Source: Anaerolineae bacterium
GTDB lineage: Bacteria; Chloroflexota; Anaerolineae; UBA1429
NCBI GenBank assembly: GCA_963675785.1
Contig: OY776562.1
Location: 1,312,001-1,376,000 of the forward strand
DNA length: 64,000 bases
Direction of reading: 5' to 3'
This document shows positions 19,106 to 28,465 of this stretch, piece after piece (the first letter of the stretch is position 1; each line of letters starts with the position of its first letter). The notes beneath the pieces are model-generated. The model was given only the letters and a program-made list of their open reading frames with translations, had not been told where the DNA came from and did no database searches. The translations under genes were made by a program, and so were the position numbers.

Positions 19106-20275
19106 TTATCCATCCGCAGGGCCCTGCCACAGCCCCGTAATCTCATCATAACAGAAACCGCTGCCCTGCAGGCCAGCATCCAAGCGCGGCCAACCCGCCG
19201 CCACCCGCGCCGCCGTCTCCTCCCAGGGCAAAATGCCGCTGGTGGGATCGGGCGTCTCTACGCTGCAAGCGCCTACGGCCACGGCCATGGTAAGGGCCTG
19301 TTCCGCGGTCACGCCGTGCAGCAGCCCCGCCAGGAACCCGGTAATGGTGGTGTCGCCAGAACCGACCGTACCCCTCACCTCAACACTGAAACAGGGCGCC
19401 CACAGCTCGCGATTCGCCCAATGGGCGCTCATGGCGGGTGCGGCGCGGCCCAGTTCGAGTTCGCCCGCCGTGCGCAAATAGGCCCCGCGATGGCCCATTT
19501 TAATGAACACTACCTGCGCTCCGAGCGCCAAACACTGCTGCGCCAAACGCCGCGGCACCTCGGGATCCATGGCCTCGATCATACCGGCAGCCCCCGCCTC
19601 GGCCAGCAGCGCATCATAGGCCGGGCGATCCAGCATGTAGAGCAGCTCTTCGATGCTGGGCACAAACAGGTGCACCTGCGGCAGCGCCCGTTTCAAAATC
19701 AGGGGCCAATCGGCCTGGCCGCTGTCTCGCGAAGCATCTGGCATGGAGGTATCCAGCGAGACCGTAGCGCCCGTGGCCTTGGCCCGCCGCAGCAGTTCGG
19801 CCAGCTCTAGTCCGCCATTGGCGTACATGCGGCGCATCAGCGGCGGATATCCGAAATGGAACAGCCTGGCCTCCCGCAGCAGCTCCAGCGGCAGGTCGTC
19901 CGGCCCAAACGTGTCGTTGGTACCCGGACAGTGCAAAAAGGCGCGGTCGATGCCCGGCGGATTAATGACCAACGAATAAGAGCTGGCCTCGCCCGCCGCC
20001 GTAATCAGGTCCTTCCCCAGGCTGGCATCATCGGCTGAGAGCACTTGGCGCACTAATGCACCGATGGGGTCATCGCCCACGCGACCCACCAGGCGTGTAT
20101 CCAGCCCCAACTTGTGGGCCGCCAGGCCTACGTTGCTGACCGCCCCGCCGGTAGAGACCACGGCCTGGCCAACTTCGGTGAGCCGACCCGGCGAGATGAG
20201 CGGCGAGGGCGAACCTAACGGGATGATGGGAATAATGTCCAGGCAGAGGTGCCCTGCAACCACAATGTCGGTCAT
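19106..20275 (-). CDS. PfkB-family carbohydrate kinase
   Basis: GGAVSNVG..A.KLG, VGDD..G, GTVGSGD anion hole. Confidence 0.9.
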   Translation of the reverse strand: MTDIVVAGHLCLDIIPIIPLGSPSPLISPGRLTEVGQAVVSTGGAVSNVGLAAHKLGLDTRLVGRVGDDPIGALVRQVLSADDASLGKDLITAAGEASSYSLVINPPGIDRAFLHCPGTNDTFGPDDLPLELLREARLFHFGYPPLMRRMYANGGLELAELLRRAKATGATVSLDTSMPDASRDSGQADWPLILKRALPQVHLFVPSIEELLYMLDRPAYDALLAEAGAAGMIEAMDPEVPRRLAQQCLALGAQVVFIKMGHRGAYLRTAGELELGRAAPAMSAHWANRELWAPCFSVEVRGTVGSGDTTITGFLAGLLHGVTAEQALTMAVAVGACSVETPDPTSGILPWEETAARVAAGWPRLDAGLQGSGFCYDEITGLWQGPADG

Positions 20276-20404
20276 GTGCAATACCTCACAGGTTAACAAA
20301 AGTGTACCATACCCCCGCATGACGGGCTGTGAATTTCACGTATAGGGGCGAGTTGAAGGATAGCAGAGGGCGGGGTGCGGGGCAAGAGGGAGGAAGGAAA
20401 GCTT

Positions 20405-21211
20405 CTATTGGCGAGTAGCAATTTCTATAGCCTTGGGATCTCCAAATAGATAAATATCAGCGTTACTTATGATACTTTTGTTAAAAGCTTTTGTTTGACC
20501 CGGAGACGCAACAACGAACTCAATTCCACCTCCATTTTCCCAACTAGCATGTAAAAGTATCTTTGAAGATAAAGGGAAATCAAGATATCCTCGGGAAGAC
20601 TTTAAGCCGTTGGTAACATCAAATACTACAGGGTTGTCACATGTTATGAATAATTTGCCCTCCTCAGCAGAGATTATCTGCCATCCCATCTGCACTATCA
20701 GGTGCCATATTTTCGGTGTAGCTTCAGCAGGCACTACTTCATGCCACACTGAATTCGAAAATTGCTCTCTTCTATCTTTGATTTGGCGCAAGAGCGTCTC
20801 AATTATGTCATCATGACTAGGATTACGGCCTCGTAAACAGAGCAACTGGCTCTCTTGATACGCAAAAATATTATTCACCTCGACTCGCTCATCTACCCAC
20901 TCAGCCCATGCAGGCACCCGTTTTTGGAGTACCGAGATGTACTTTGCAATAGCAAATCTATCTTGCAATGACAAAGGGGAACACCTAGATAATAGATTTT
21001 CAATTGCAGTATTGGCAGGGCTCTCAATTTCTTCTGCCAAATATCGTTCGAGTGGCATTGGATAAAGCCTATTGATAGCTCCAAATATTCGAGGAGCTCC
21101 CAAAACCTGTTTTCCTGTTCGAATGTCGAATTGGGTTAGCTGTTCTCCACATGTACAGAACTTACGCAAATAAAACTGCGGAATATAATGATTGTGTTTT
21201 GTGTCAGTCAT
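20405..21211 (-). CDS. DUF4238 domain protein
   Basis: HNHYIPQFYLRKF N-terminus, LE..LAEEIE, FITCDNPV, FPLS; AT-rich. Confidence 0.85.
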   Translation of the reverse strand: MTDTKHNHYIPQFYLRKFCTCGEQLTQFDIRTGKQVLGAPRIFGAINRLYPMPLERYLAEEIESPANTAIENLLSRCSPLSLQDRFAIAKYISVLQKRVPAWAEWVDERVEVNNIFAYQESQLLCLRGRNPSHDDIIETLLRQIKDRREQFSNSVWHEVVPAEATPKIWHLIVQMGWQIISAEEGKLFITCDNPVVFDVTNGLKSSRGYLDFPLSSKILLHASWENGGGIEFVVASPGQTKAFNKSIISNADIYLFGDPKAIEIATRQ

Positions 21212-21427
21212 AGAATCCTTTCTTGCTAGATTCTGACCTTCGATTTGTATCGTCAATTTCGCAAGCATTTGATCTTACGTAGAGATCAGATTATCGACAC
21301 CTCTATAGGAAACTAGCAGAGCAACTTTGTCCTAGACAAAACTAGAGCACTAGGCCCCTGAACCTCTCCAGTAAGATCAATGCAATGTATGATGTTACTG
21401 ATATGGTCTTTATAGTTCCAATCTTCT

Positions 21428-21733
21428 CTAAGCCCATTCCTGCATCGCTTCTTGAAACATTTCTTTCCAGGAACCAAATCGCGAATTCGTCTTAACAAAT
21501 TGATCCAATTCTTGTTCAGATATAGATTCAAAATCCGCTTGAGACTCAATCTTAAAGCCTGTGGCATCGAAAAAGGCTGAAATTGTACTAAAGTCAGTAT
21601 TTCGTTTCATGAACGCAGTATGGAAAAGTTCCCCCAAAGGAACCTTGGTCTCTCCATCAAGTGCTCTAGCTCGATGTTCGAAATCCCGCAAGCTATGCTC
21701 AAAGTCATCAAATCCACTAATCTTGAAGCTCAT
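21428..21733 (-). CDS. Hypothetical protein
   Basis: RBS GGAGG; MSFKISGFDDF...VPLGELF...F.SWKEM; AT-rich island. Confidence 0.7.
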   Translation of the reverse strand: MSFKISGFDDFEHSLRDFEHRARALDGETKVPLGELFHTAFMKRNTDFSTISAFFDATGFKIESQADFESISEQELDQFVKTNSRFGSWKEMFQEAMQEWA

Positions 21734-22445
21734 TTTCTTCCTCCATAGAGCTAATATCGCCATGTTCCATAGTAGCCACTGGCGCATCTACAGAATCCAC
21801 CGCGCCTTCCACAAGCTGCTCTTCTTTGGCTTGAGATACTCTTTCCAAACTTCTACGAATGTCTGTCGAAGTAACAATCCTTATACCAGTGGAGCCAAAA
21901 GTGCCGTCGCTTATTATTCGCCGAAAAGACGAATTCATCTTCTCAAACTCGTTTACTAGAGATGCCAGATTGTCAGAATCCATGAGCGAGTTTTCATATA
22001 TGGAAAGATCAATATCGAATCGATAGGGACCGTAGGATGTAGATGACATATCCGAGTAGGAGACGTCGAACGCCCAAGATTTCTCCAACTTATTGTCCTG
22101 AAAATACGCCGGGGCATGATCAAAATACAGACTGAGTTCAGCTCCAGGTGCTAGATAGGGTATTCCAGTCTTGAATGCACTAAGATCGGCAAGACGTTTT
22201 CCGTTAGTGCTGTGTATATCCGTTGCAGAGTTTAGCCGGATACCTTTCGCCACCGCATTGCCTATATTCTTGATCACAATACACATCAGACCGTGTTTCT
22301 GGAACTCCATCTCAATAATCACAGAAGGAACTGGCTTGGATGCTTGCACAAGCTCTTTAGTACTCCTTGCATACCATGCTGTTAGACCTACCAGAACAAG
22401 TGACGCGACAACGTTTACGATGCCTAGCAATGTTGTACCATCCAT
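21717..22445 (-). CDS. Hypothetical protein with N-terminal TM anchor
   Basis: LVLVGLTAWYARST TM segment, IKNIGNAVAKGI beta motif; AT-rich island. Confidence 0.7.
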   Translation of the reverse strand: MDGTTLLGIVNVVASLVLVGLTAWYARSTKELVQASKPVPSVIIEMEFQKHGLMCIVIKNIGNAVAKGIRLNSATDIHSTNGKRLADLSAFKTGIPYLAPGAELSLYFDHAPAYFQDNKLEKSWAFDVSYSDMSSTSYGPYRFDIDLSIYENSLMDSDNLASLVNEFEKMNSSFRRIISDGTFGSTGIRIVTSTDIRRSLERVSQAKEEQLVEGAVDSVDAPVATMEHGDISSMEEENELQD

Positions 22446-22776
22446 TATTGATGCTCCCTCATCTTTGGCTTTCATCTGCGACCAAGGTGCGCGGTAATTC
22501 GCTACGTCTTTGATATGAAGAATCTGCTGTGGAGCAAAAGTTTATTTACTCCGCGTTTGATTATACGACCCATATAATTAGATTGTAAGTATCATTGCCT
22601 AGAAAGAGACAAAGAACATATGTGTTATTTTCTCGTACTGCACCCTGTAAACGATATCCCCTTAGTTTCCTACATCAATTGAACTAGTTCGCCTTTTGTG
22701 TAACTCCCGGTCAGACCGGTAGTTGTCCCTACCAGCCTGAATTCGTCCGTGGACATCTCAATCCTAGACCGGAGAC

Positions 22777-23390
22777 GTCTCCGGCCATTCTAGCGCATCG
22801 GGCTGAACCCCGATGCTAGGCACGCAAACCCTCCCTTGCGGGAGGCTCGGAATCGCAAGTTTCTGTATAAACAGCCTAAGGGGAATCCAATGGATTCCTT
22901 CAAGGGTTTGCAATAATAGCACTCAGCCTTGTCTGCAAGGCAGTTTAGCCTAGTGCATCAAAAGCCGTTTATCACTTCTTCGGACACCCCTTTCAAAAAA
23001 GCCCTACGTCCGCAGGACGCCCATACCTAGGTCCGCACCAACGGTGCGGCGAGACACCAGGCATCGGAACGATGCCAAGTCCCGGCCGTTCTAGCGCATC
23101 GGGCTGAACCCCGATGCTAGGCGCATAAACCCTCCCTCACGGGAGGCTCGGAATCGCAAGTTTCTGTATAAAGAGCCTCGGAGGAATCTGGGAATCCTAT
23201 GGATTCCCCTGGATTCCTTCGAGGGTTAGTAAATGAAGCACTCAGCCTTGTCTGCAAGGCAGTTCAGCCTAGTGCGTCACAAGCTGTCTATTACTACTTC
23301 GGAGACCCCTTTCAAGGGTCTTTCGTGTCCTTGGATACCTTATCATAGGCCGGGACTTGGCAGAGGAACGATACAGTCCCGGCCTATTTC
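22777..23390. repeat. Tandem ~300-bp structured non-coding element (two full copies plus start of a third), with a REP-like first hairpin
   Basis: TAGCGCATCGGGCTGAACCCCGATGCTAGG at 22791 and 23092 (offset 301); shared blocks GGGAGGCTCGGAATCGCAAGTTTCTGTATAAA and GCACTCAGCCTTGTCTGCAAGGCAGTT; no convincing ORF. Confidence 0.85.
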
Positions 23391-23519
23391 CAGCCCCTTC
23401 TCCTTGATTTTCCCTTGTACTCCCCCTGATCTTGTGTTATGCTGATGTCTAGGTAGTTTTGCCTACATACTTTGGCTTTGTTCAGTTTTGGGACTTTTGC
23501 CAAGAAGGGGGCGAGTCGA

Positions 23520-23681
23520 ATGAACTTTTACTGCATCAAGTGTCGCGCGAAAAAGGAAGTCGGCGATTACGAGACCGTCACTTGGAAAAATGGCCGAATA
23601 GCCGCAAAAGCCAAGTGCCCAGACTGCGGCACCACTGTGCACCGCATTCTGCCCATGCCCAAAGATAGCGACAAGAAATAG
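23520..23681 (+). CDS. Small zinc-ribbon protein, DUF5679-like
   Basis: YCIKCRAKKE...KNGR.A.KAKCPDCGTTVHRI. Confidence 0.8.
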   Translation: MNFYCIKCRAKKEVGDYETVTWKNGRIAAKAKCPDCGTTVHRILPMPKDSDKK

Positions 23682-23795
23682 GCTGTTTTACCTTTTCAAA
23701 ATCGCCAATCCTGGCCGCACAAAAAAAGCCAGCCCGATGCTCTCACGTCGGACTGGCTTTACCTTTCTACAGCCGCTCTAGCGACCTTTTCCGCT

Positions 23796-24254
23796 TCACC
23801 CCCGCCAAACCACCTCGAACCTCTCGCAAACCACGGGCATGTCCAACTGTGGCTCTCGCCCCAAACGAGCACACTCTCGACCAAAACAAGCCCAGTGGGC
23901 ACGACGCCAATAAGCCAGCGAACCATCCCCCTCGCCTTCGGTAGCGGCAAACGCCTCCGGCACTTGCTCATAAGGCACCACCTGCACTGTGGTCGTCTCG
24001 ATGACACACTGCGGCTCGCCGGCCCAGTCCGTTACCAGCGAGAGATCGCCCACCTGCGGCAGGGGCTCGTCCTCCGCCTCATAGCTCCACAGCAGCGAGG
24101 CCGTGGCCCGCTTGGCTCCTGCCATCACCAACGCCGCCAGTTCATCAGCGCTGGGCTGGTTATCATCGAAATAGAACACCTCGTAAGGCTCGGCTGGCGC
24201 TTGCAGATGCTGCACCCGAAAAGCCTCCCAAAAGCGAGCGGCGCGCTCTTCCAT
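23796..24254 (-). CDS. ASCH domain protein
   Basis: ADELAALV.AG.K.ATAS, A..EGEGD.SL.YWRRAH, VVCERF. Confidence 0.9.
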   Translation of the reverse strand: MEERAARFWEAFRVQHLQAPAEPYEVFYFDDNQPSADELAALVMAGAKRATASLLWSYEAEDEPLPQVGDLSLVTDWAGEPQCVIETTTVQVVPYEQVPEAFAATEGEGDGSLAYWRRAHWACFGRECARLGREPQLDMPVVCERFEVVWRG

Positions 24255-25495
24255 CAGGCCTCCTCCGCTTTATTGGCAGCTATATCCTCAATCGCCTTTT
24301 CTGGCGCCATACTAGCCAGTCCACGCGAGAATCCCGCCACAATGATGGGCTTTAGCAGGATAAAGGCCCCCATCAACACCGAATAGAGGGCCGGCGTAAT
24401 CAGCCCTGCCGTCAGCAGCAGGTTCTCGGTGATGATGCTGGTGTTGAACTTGCTGGTGAGCCCCACGCCCATCACCAGCGATTCACGCTTACCCAATAGT
24501 TTGTGGAACATGCCATAAGAGAGCCCCACGCGAATGATCAGCGAGAGCGCCGCCACGGCAATCACCAACCAGGGGTTGGCTATTATCTCTTGCAGCGACA
24601 TCTTGGCGCCCAGCCCGAAAAAGAAGAACGGCCCCAGAAAGACGTTGGCTACAAAGAAAACCGGCTGCTTGAAATGCTGAAAAGCAGGCCCCGGCAAGAG
24701 CTGCTTGACGGCAATACCAGCAAAGATAGCCGAAACCGTGCCCATGTCGTTGAACTGGAGCGAGCCGAAATAGATAAAGCCAAAGGCCGTGAAAAAGATG
24801 CCAAAGGGCACCACAAAAGACCCCGGCTTGAGACGGGCAATCCATTTGCGCGTATAGCGCCCCAATCCCGCGCTCAGCAGCACAGCACCAACCAAGCCTA
24901 GCAGCACCAAGACCATGTTCAGAGGCGTACGCCACAGGCCCTCGGTCGAGGTGTTGCCCAGCATGGCCGGCAGCATTACCACAACAGAGAGCGTCAGGAT
25001 CTCGAACACATCATCGAACACGCCAATGCCCAGTGCCAACTGCCCAAAACGCGTGTTCTCCACACCAAACTCTTTGAGGATGGCCAGCAGAATGACCTCA
25101 CCCACTGTGCCAAAGGCCAGCCCCGCCACCAGGGCCACCAACAGCGAGCCCCCCACAAAGTCCGGGAAAAGGAAATAGAAAAAGAGGCCGACAGCCGTGC
25201 CTTCCACCAGCGTCAGGACGATATCGCCCCCTACGATATAAGCACCAAGGTGACGCAACTGCTCGAAATCCAAATCCAGGCCGATGTTGAACAGGAACAG
25301 CAGCATGCCCAAGCGCGAAAGCAAGGCAAATTCGGCGCTCTGCACCGTCTCGGTAAAGAGGCCGCCCGCAGTCAGGCCCATGCCTAGCAGCACGATGGTG
25401 AACATCCAGGGCAGGCGTAGGGTGCGATTCAGCAGGTGCCCGATCGTTAGAATCACTCCATAGATCACCAACCCCAGCAGCAGGATATCTTGCAC
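24254..25495 (-). CDS. Cation:proton antiporter (CPA2)
   Basis: Many TM helices; LFLFNIGLD, GIGVFDDV; GTG start after AAGGAG. Confidence 0.85.
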   Translation of the reverse strand: MQDILLLGLVIYGVILTIGHLLNRTLRLPWMFTIVLLGMGLTAGGLFTETVQSAEFALLSRLGMLLFLFNIGLDLDFEQLRHLGAYIVGGDIVLTLVEGTAVGLFFYFLFPDFVGGSLLVALVAGLAFGTVGEVILLAILKEFGVENTRFGQLALGIGVFDDVFEILTLSVVVMLPAMLGNTSTEGLWRTPLNMVLVLLGLVGAVLLSAGLGRYTRKWIARLKPGSFVVPFGIFFTAFGFIYFGSLQFNDMGTVSAIFAGIAVKQLLPGPAFQHFKQPVFFVANVFLGPFFFFGLGAKMSLQEIIANPWLVIAVAALSLIIRVGLSYGMFHKLLGKRESLVMGVGLTSKFNTSIITENLLLTAGLITPALYSVLMGAFILLKPIIVAGFSRGLASMAPEKAIEDIAANKAEEA

Positions 25496-25568
25496 AGACG
25501 TTCTCCTTACAACACATTGCAAAAAAAAGATGACGCGGGCATCCCCCCGATACCCGCGTCATCTTATC

Positions 25569-25811
25569 CTAATTGGCTGCTTTCAGCCAGGCCGTCACCT
25601 CGTCCTTACGCGGCAAACTACCCGAGTTGACCAACTTTTCGTTCAGCACCAATCCCGGCGTGCTGAGTACATCATAAGCCATAATCTCGTCCAGCTCTGT
25701 GACATGGATCACATTGTATTCCAGACCCAGCTCATCAGCCGCCTCGCGCGTAATCTGCTCCAGCCGCTTGCACTTGGGGCAACCGCCACCCAACACCTTG
25801 ATTTCGATCAT
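25569..25811 (-). CDS. Small redox-active disulfide protein 2 (MTH895/thioredoxin-like)
   Basis: IKVLGGGCPKC, STPGLV.NE. Confidence 0.9.
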   Translation of the reverse strand: MIEIKVLGGGCPKCKRLEQITREAADELGLEYNVIHVTELDEIMAYDVLSTPGLVLNEKLVNSGSLPRKDEVTAWLKAAN

Positions 25812-25821
25812 GCCTTACCTC

Positions 25822-27291
25822 CTATGATTGTACCTTGGTTGCCTTGGCCTGACGTCGGCTGGTCCACACCAGCCCGGCCGCCAGAACGCCCAACGTCAAT
25901 ACGATATACAGCGCCAACACTGCCAGACTCGCGCCGTCCACCCAGGCGCCATAGATGAGTCCGGACAGGGTGCTGAACAAGGTTACCCAACCCACATACA
26001 CCCAGGCCTTGCTCTTGCCGATCACGCTGGCCGTGATGAGGATGCTCTGCAGGCTCAGTTCGGGGTCGGCCATCAAATAAGCCAGCAGCGGCCCGCGGTG
26101 CATGCCCAGCCCCAGGAACATGTTGGCGATGGGCACCTCCACCAGCGTCGGAAAGTACATGAACACCCCAAAGACCACGCCCACCAGGTTGCCCAGCACG
26201 GTGTTACTGCCCGCTATGGCCTGAATCCACTCGGGCTTGATGAGGCCGCGAATGACGCCCACGGCGAACACGCCCACAATCAGCAGCGGCATGATCTGCT
26301 TGACGAACCGCCAGGTCTCCCACAGCCAACTCTGCATCTCGTAAGCGTCAAAGGCGCGCGCACCCACAATCCACAGTGCCGCCATGCCCAGCGTCACAGC
26401 AATCATCTTGCCGGTAATGGCCACCTGCAAACCCCCAGTAGCCGGCAGCAGGCGCACGGCCGCTACTACCAATGTCAGCACCGTCAATCCCAGGGCCACC
26501 CAGGTCCAGGTGTTATAGCCCTCATCCACCTTGCCCAGGCCCTTCCAGGCCGAGAGGCCGATGAGCGCCAGCATGACGATGAGCAGCAGGCCCTGCACGC
26601 TCACGCCCTCCTGTCCCATCGAAGCGTCATAGGGCACCAGGCGGTTCAGCGTGGCCTGCAGGGTGTCCAACCCGCTGATGGGCAGCGTGAATTGGGCATA
26701 GCTGTTGGTCAACACATCCACCTGCAGCGTGCCAGCGATGAGCACCACCAGCAGCAGTCCTAAAAACAGCCAGGTTCTGCCGCCCATACCGCTGCCCTTG
26801 CCGCCAAAGGCCGCCGAACCGTTGGCAGCCTCGCGTTCGGCCTCGCTCTTGCGGAACATGATGGCCATGATCAAGCCAATGCCGATGCCGAATACCAGCG
26901 ACAGCACCAGGCGAGCCACGGCGATATCCATACCGATGGCCACGCCAGTATAGGTCAGCGCCAGGATGTTGATGGCTGGCCCCACGAACAAAAAGGTGAT
27001 GGCCGGGCCCAGCCCCGCGCCCTTTTTATAGATGCCAGCGAACAGCGGCATGATGGTGCACGAACACACCGCCAGCACAAAGCCCCCAATGGCCGCCGCC
27101 GGATACGAGACCCAGGCCGGTGCGTGCGGCCCCAGGTAGCGCGTGATGGTCTCTTTGGGCACCAGCGCCGTCAAGGCCCCGGCGATGAAAAAGGCCGGCA
27201 GCAGGCACAGCAACACATGCGCTGCCAGGTACGAGGCCAGGTTACCCAGGCCGCCCTGTAACAAAGTCAGTATTGTCGATCCCCAGTCCAT
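25822..27291 (-). CDS. ArsP/DUF318-family permease
   Basis: HVLLCLLPAFFIAG, AVCSCTIMPLF.GIY..GAGLGPA.TFL..GP.IN, YFPTLVEVP. Confidence 0.88.
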   Translation of the reverse strand: MDWGSTILTLLQGGLGNLASYLAAHVLLCLLPAFFIAGALTALVPKETITRYLGPHAPAWVSYPAAAIGGFVLAVCSCTIMPLFAGIYKKGAGLGPAITFLFVGPAINILALTYTGVAIGMDIAVARLVLSLVFGIGIGLIMAIMFRKSEAEREAANGSAAFGGKGSGMGGRTWLFLGLLLVVLIAGTLQVDVLTNSYAQFTLPISGLDTLQATLNRLVPYDASMGQEGVSVQGLLLIVMLALIGLSAWKGLGKVDEGYNTWTWVALGLTVLTLVVAAVRLLPATGGLQVAITGKMIAVTLGMAALWIVGARAFDAYEMQSWLWETWRFVKQIMPLLIVGVFAVGVIRGLIKPEWIQAIAGSNTVLGNLVGVVFGVFMYFPTLVEVPIANMFLGLGMHRGPLLAYLMADPELSLQSILITASVIGKSKAWVYVGWVTLFSTLSGLIYGAWVDGASLAVLALYIVLTLGVLAAGLVWTSRRQAKATKVQS

Positions 27292-27416
27292 CTATCGCCC
27301 CCACCTTTAGCCACTATCTTTTCTGTTTCGGTCATCATCTCGCGCAGTGTCATTCATCACACCCGATTGTTGCCTGCATCAAGCGCCTCGCCCCGTTCGA
27401 CCGCCCAACCTTGCGC

Positions 27417-27794
27417 TTAGCTTGCACAGCAGCAGGTGTCAGCCTCGTTACACCGCGGACAGGGGCAGCCAGCCACAGGCACACGCGGCACGGGGTCGTA
27501 ACGCAGTTTGGGGTTGCTCCCCAGCGCCAAATCCTTGAGCAGCGAAAGCACCCCCGCAGCGCGGGCATCCGCCAGCCTGTAGTAGATCATTTGCCCATCT
27601 CGGCGTACGTCCACCAGTCCGGCATCACGCAGCACGCCCAGCTGCTGCGATACATAGGCCTGGCGCTTGTCCAGAATGTGCGTCAGGTGGCATACACAAG
27701 CCTCGTCCACCGAAAGCAATTCTAGGATGCGCAGCCGTGTTGGGTGGGCAAATGCCTTACTGATCTCACTCAGGGCTTCGTATGTCTCTTCCAT
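27417..27794 (-). CDS. ArsR-family regulator with Cys-rich tail
   Basis: KAFAHPTRLRIL, EACVCHL, VSQQL..LR; tail GCPCPRC...CCC. Confidence 0.9.
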   Translation of the reverse strand: MEETYEALSEISKAFAHPTRLRILELLSVDEACVCHLTHILDKRQAYVSQQLGVLRDAGLVDVRRDGQMIYYRLADARAAGVLSLLKDLALGSNPKLRYDPVPRVPVAGCPCPRCNEADTCCCAS

Positions 27795-27814
27795 TCGGCT
27801 CCTTGTAACACTGA

Positions 27815-27867
27815 TATATTCATAATTAAGAATATACACAGCATAGCGTTTGTTGCACACTTGTCAA
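27815..27867 (-). promoter_or_regulatory. Promoter and operator of the leftward ArsR-permease operon
   Basis: Minus-strand TTGACA (27867-27862), TATGCT (27845-27840); palindrome TATATTC-ATAATTAA-GAATATA 27815-27836. Confidence 0.7.
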
Positions 27868-28026
27868 ATAGCTAGGGTCGCATTCCTCGGAATGATTTGA
27901 GCGGCCATAAAAATGGAATAAACCGAATTATATGCGCTATAAACTCGGCTGAGATACTTCCAGCGCTTGCCGTGTAAAGCAAGAGACGCCCTACTTTTGC
28001 GTACGCGCACTAGATATATTCAACGA

Positions 28027-28055
28027 TTGACATTCTTTTTGTATAGCAATATACT
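28027..28055 (+). promoter_or_regulatory. Sigma70 promoter of arsR-acr3-arsC
   Basis: TTGACA-17 nt-TATACT. Confidence 0.7.
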
Positions 28056-28117
28056 TTAATAAGCATTGAACTATCAAGAGGCAATGATACGACATCATGC
28101 GAATTGGAGGTGTTTGT

Positions 28118-28462
28118 GTGATACGCGATCAACTGGCCATCACGCTGCGTTCCCTAGGCGATCCCACCCGCCTGGCCATTGTGAATACCCTTATGCAGGG
28201 CACCCACTGCAACTGTGAGCTCTCGGACAAGCTGGGCCTTTCGGCCAGCCTCATCTCACACCACATGCGCGTGCTCACCGAGCTGGATCTGATCATCGCC
28301 GAACGCCAACCGCAAGATCGCCGCTGGATCTATTACCGCATCAACCCGTCCGCCGTCGCCGAGCTAACCGCTACATTGACAGCCCTGTTCGATCCCGCCC
28401 GCATCCAACCGCGCGATCCGCTTTGCTGCATCGATGGCTCGTCCTGTTCAAAAGGGGAATAG
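28118..28462 (+). CDS. arsR: Arsenical resistance operon repressor
   Basis: SLGDPTRLAI, HCNCEL, ISHHMRVL, RWIYY; GTG start after GGAGGT. Confidence 0.85.
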   Translation: MIRDQLAITLRSLGDPTRLAIVNTLMQGTHCNCELSDKLGLSASLISHHMRVLTELDLIIAERQPQDRRWIYYRINPSAVAELTATLTALFDPARIQPRDPLCCIDGSSCSKGE

Positions 28463-28465
28463 TGC

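Noticed and set aside
22777-23390. Possible HEARO/omega RNA, group I intron or CRISPR
   Set aside because: No IscB/TnpB ORF is adjacent, I recognise no catalytic core motifs, and there is no repeat-spacer periodicity; kept only as an unassigned structured repeat.
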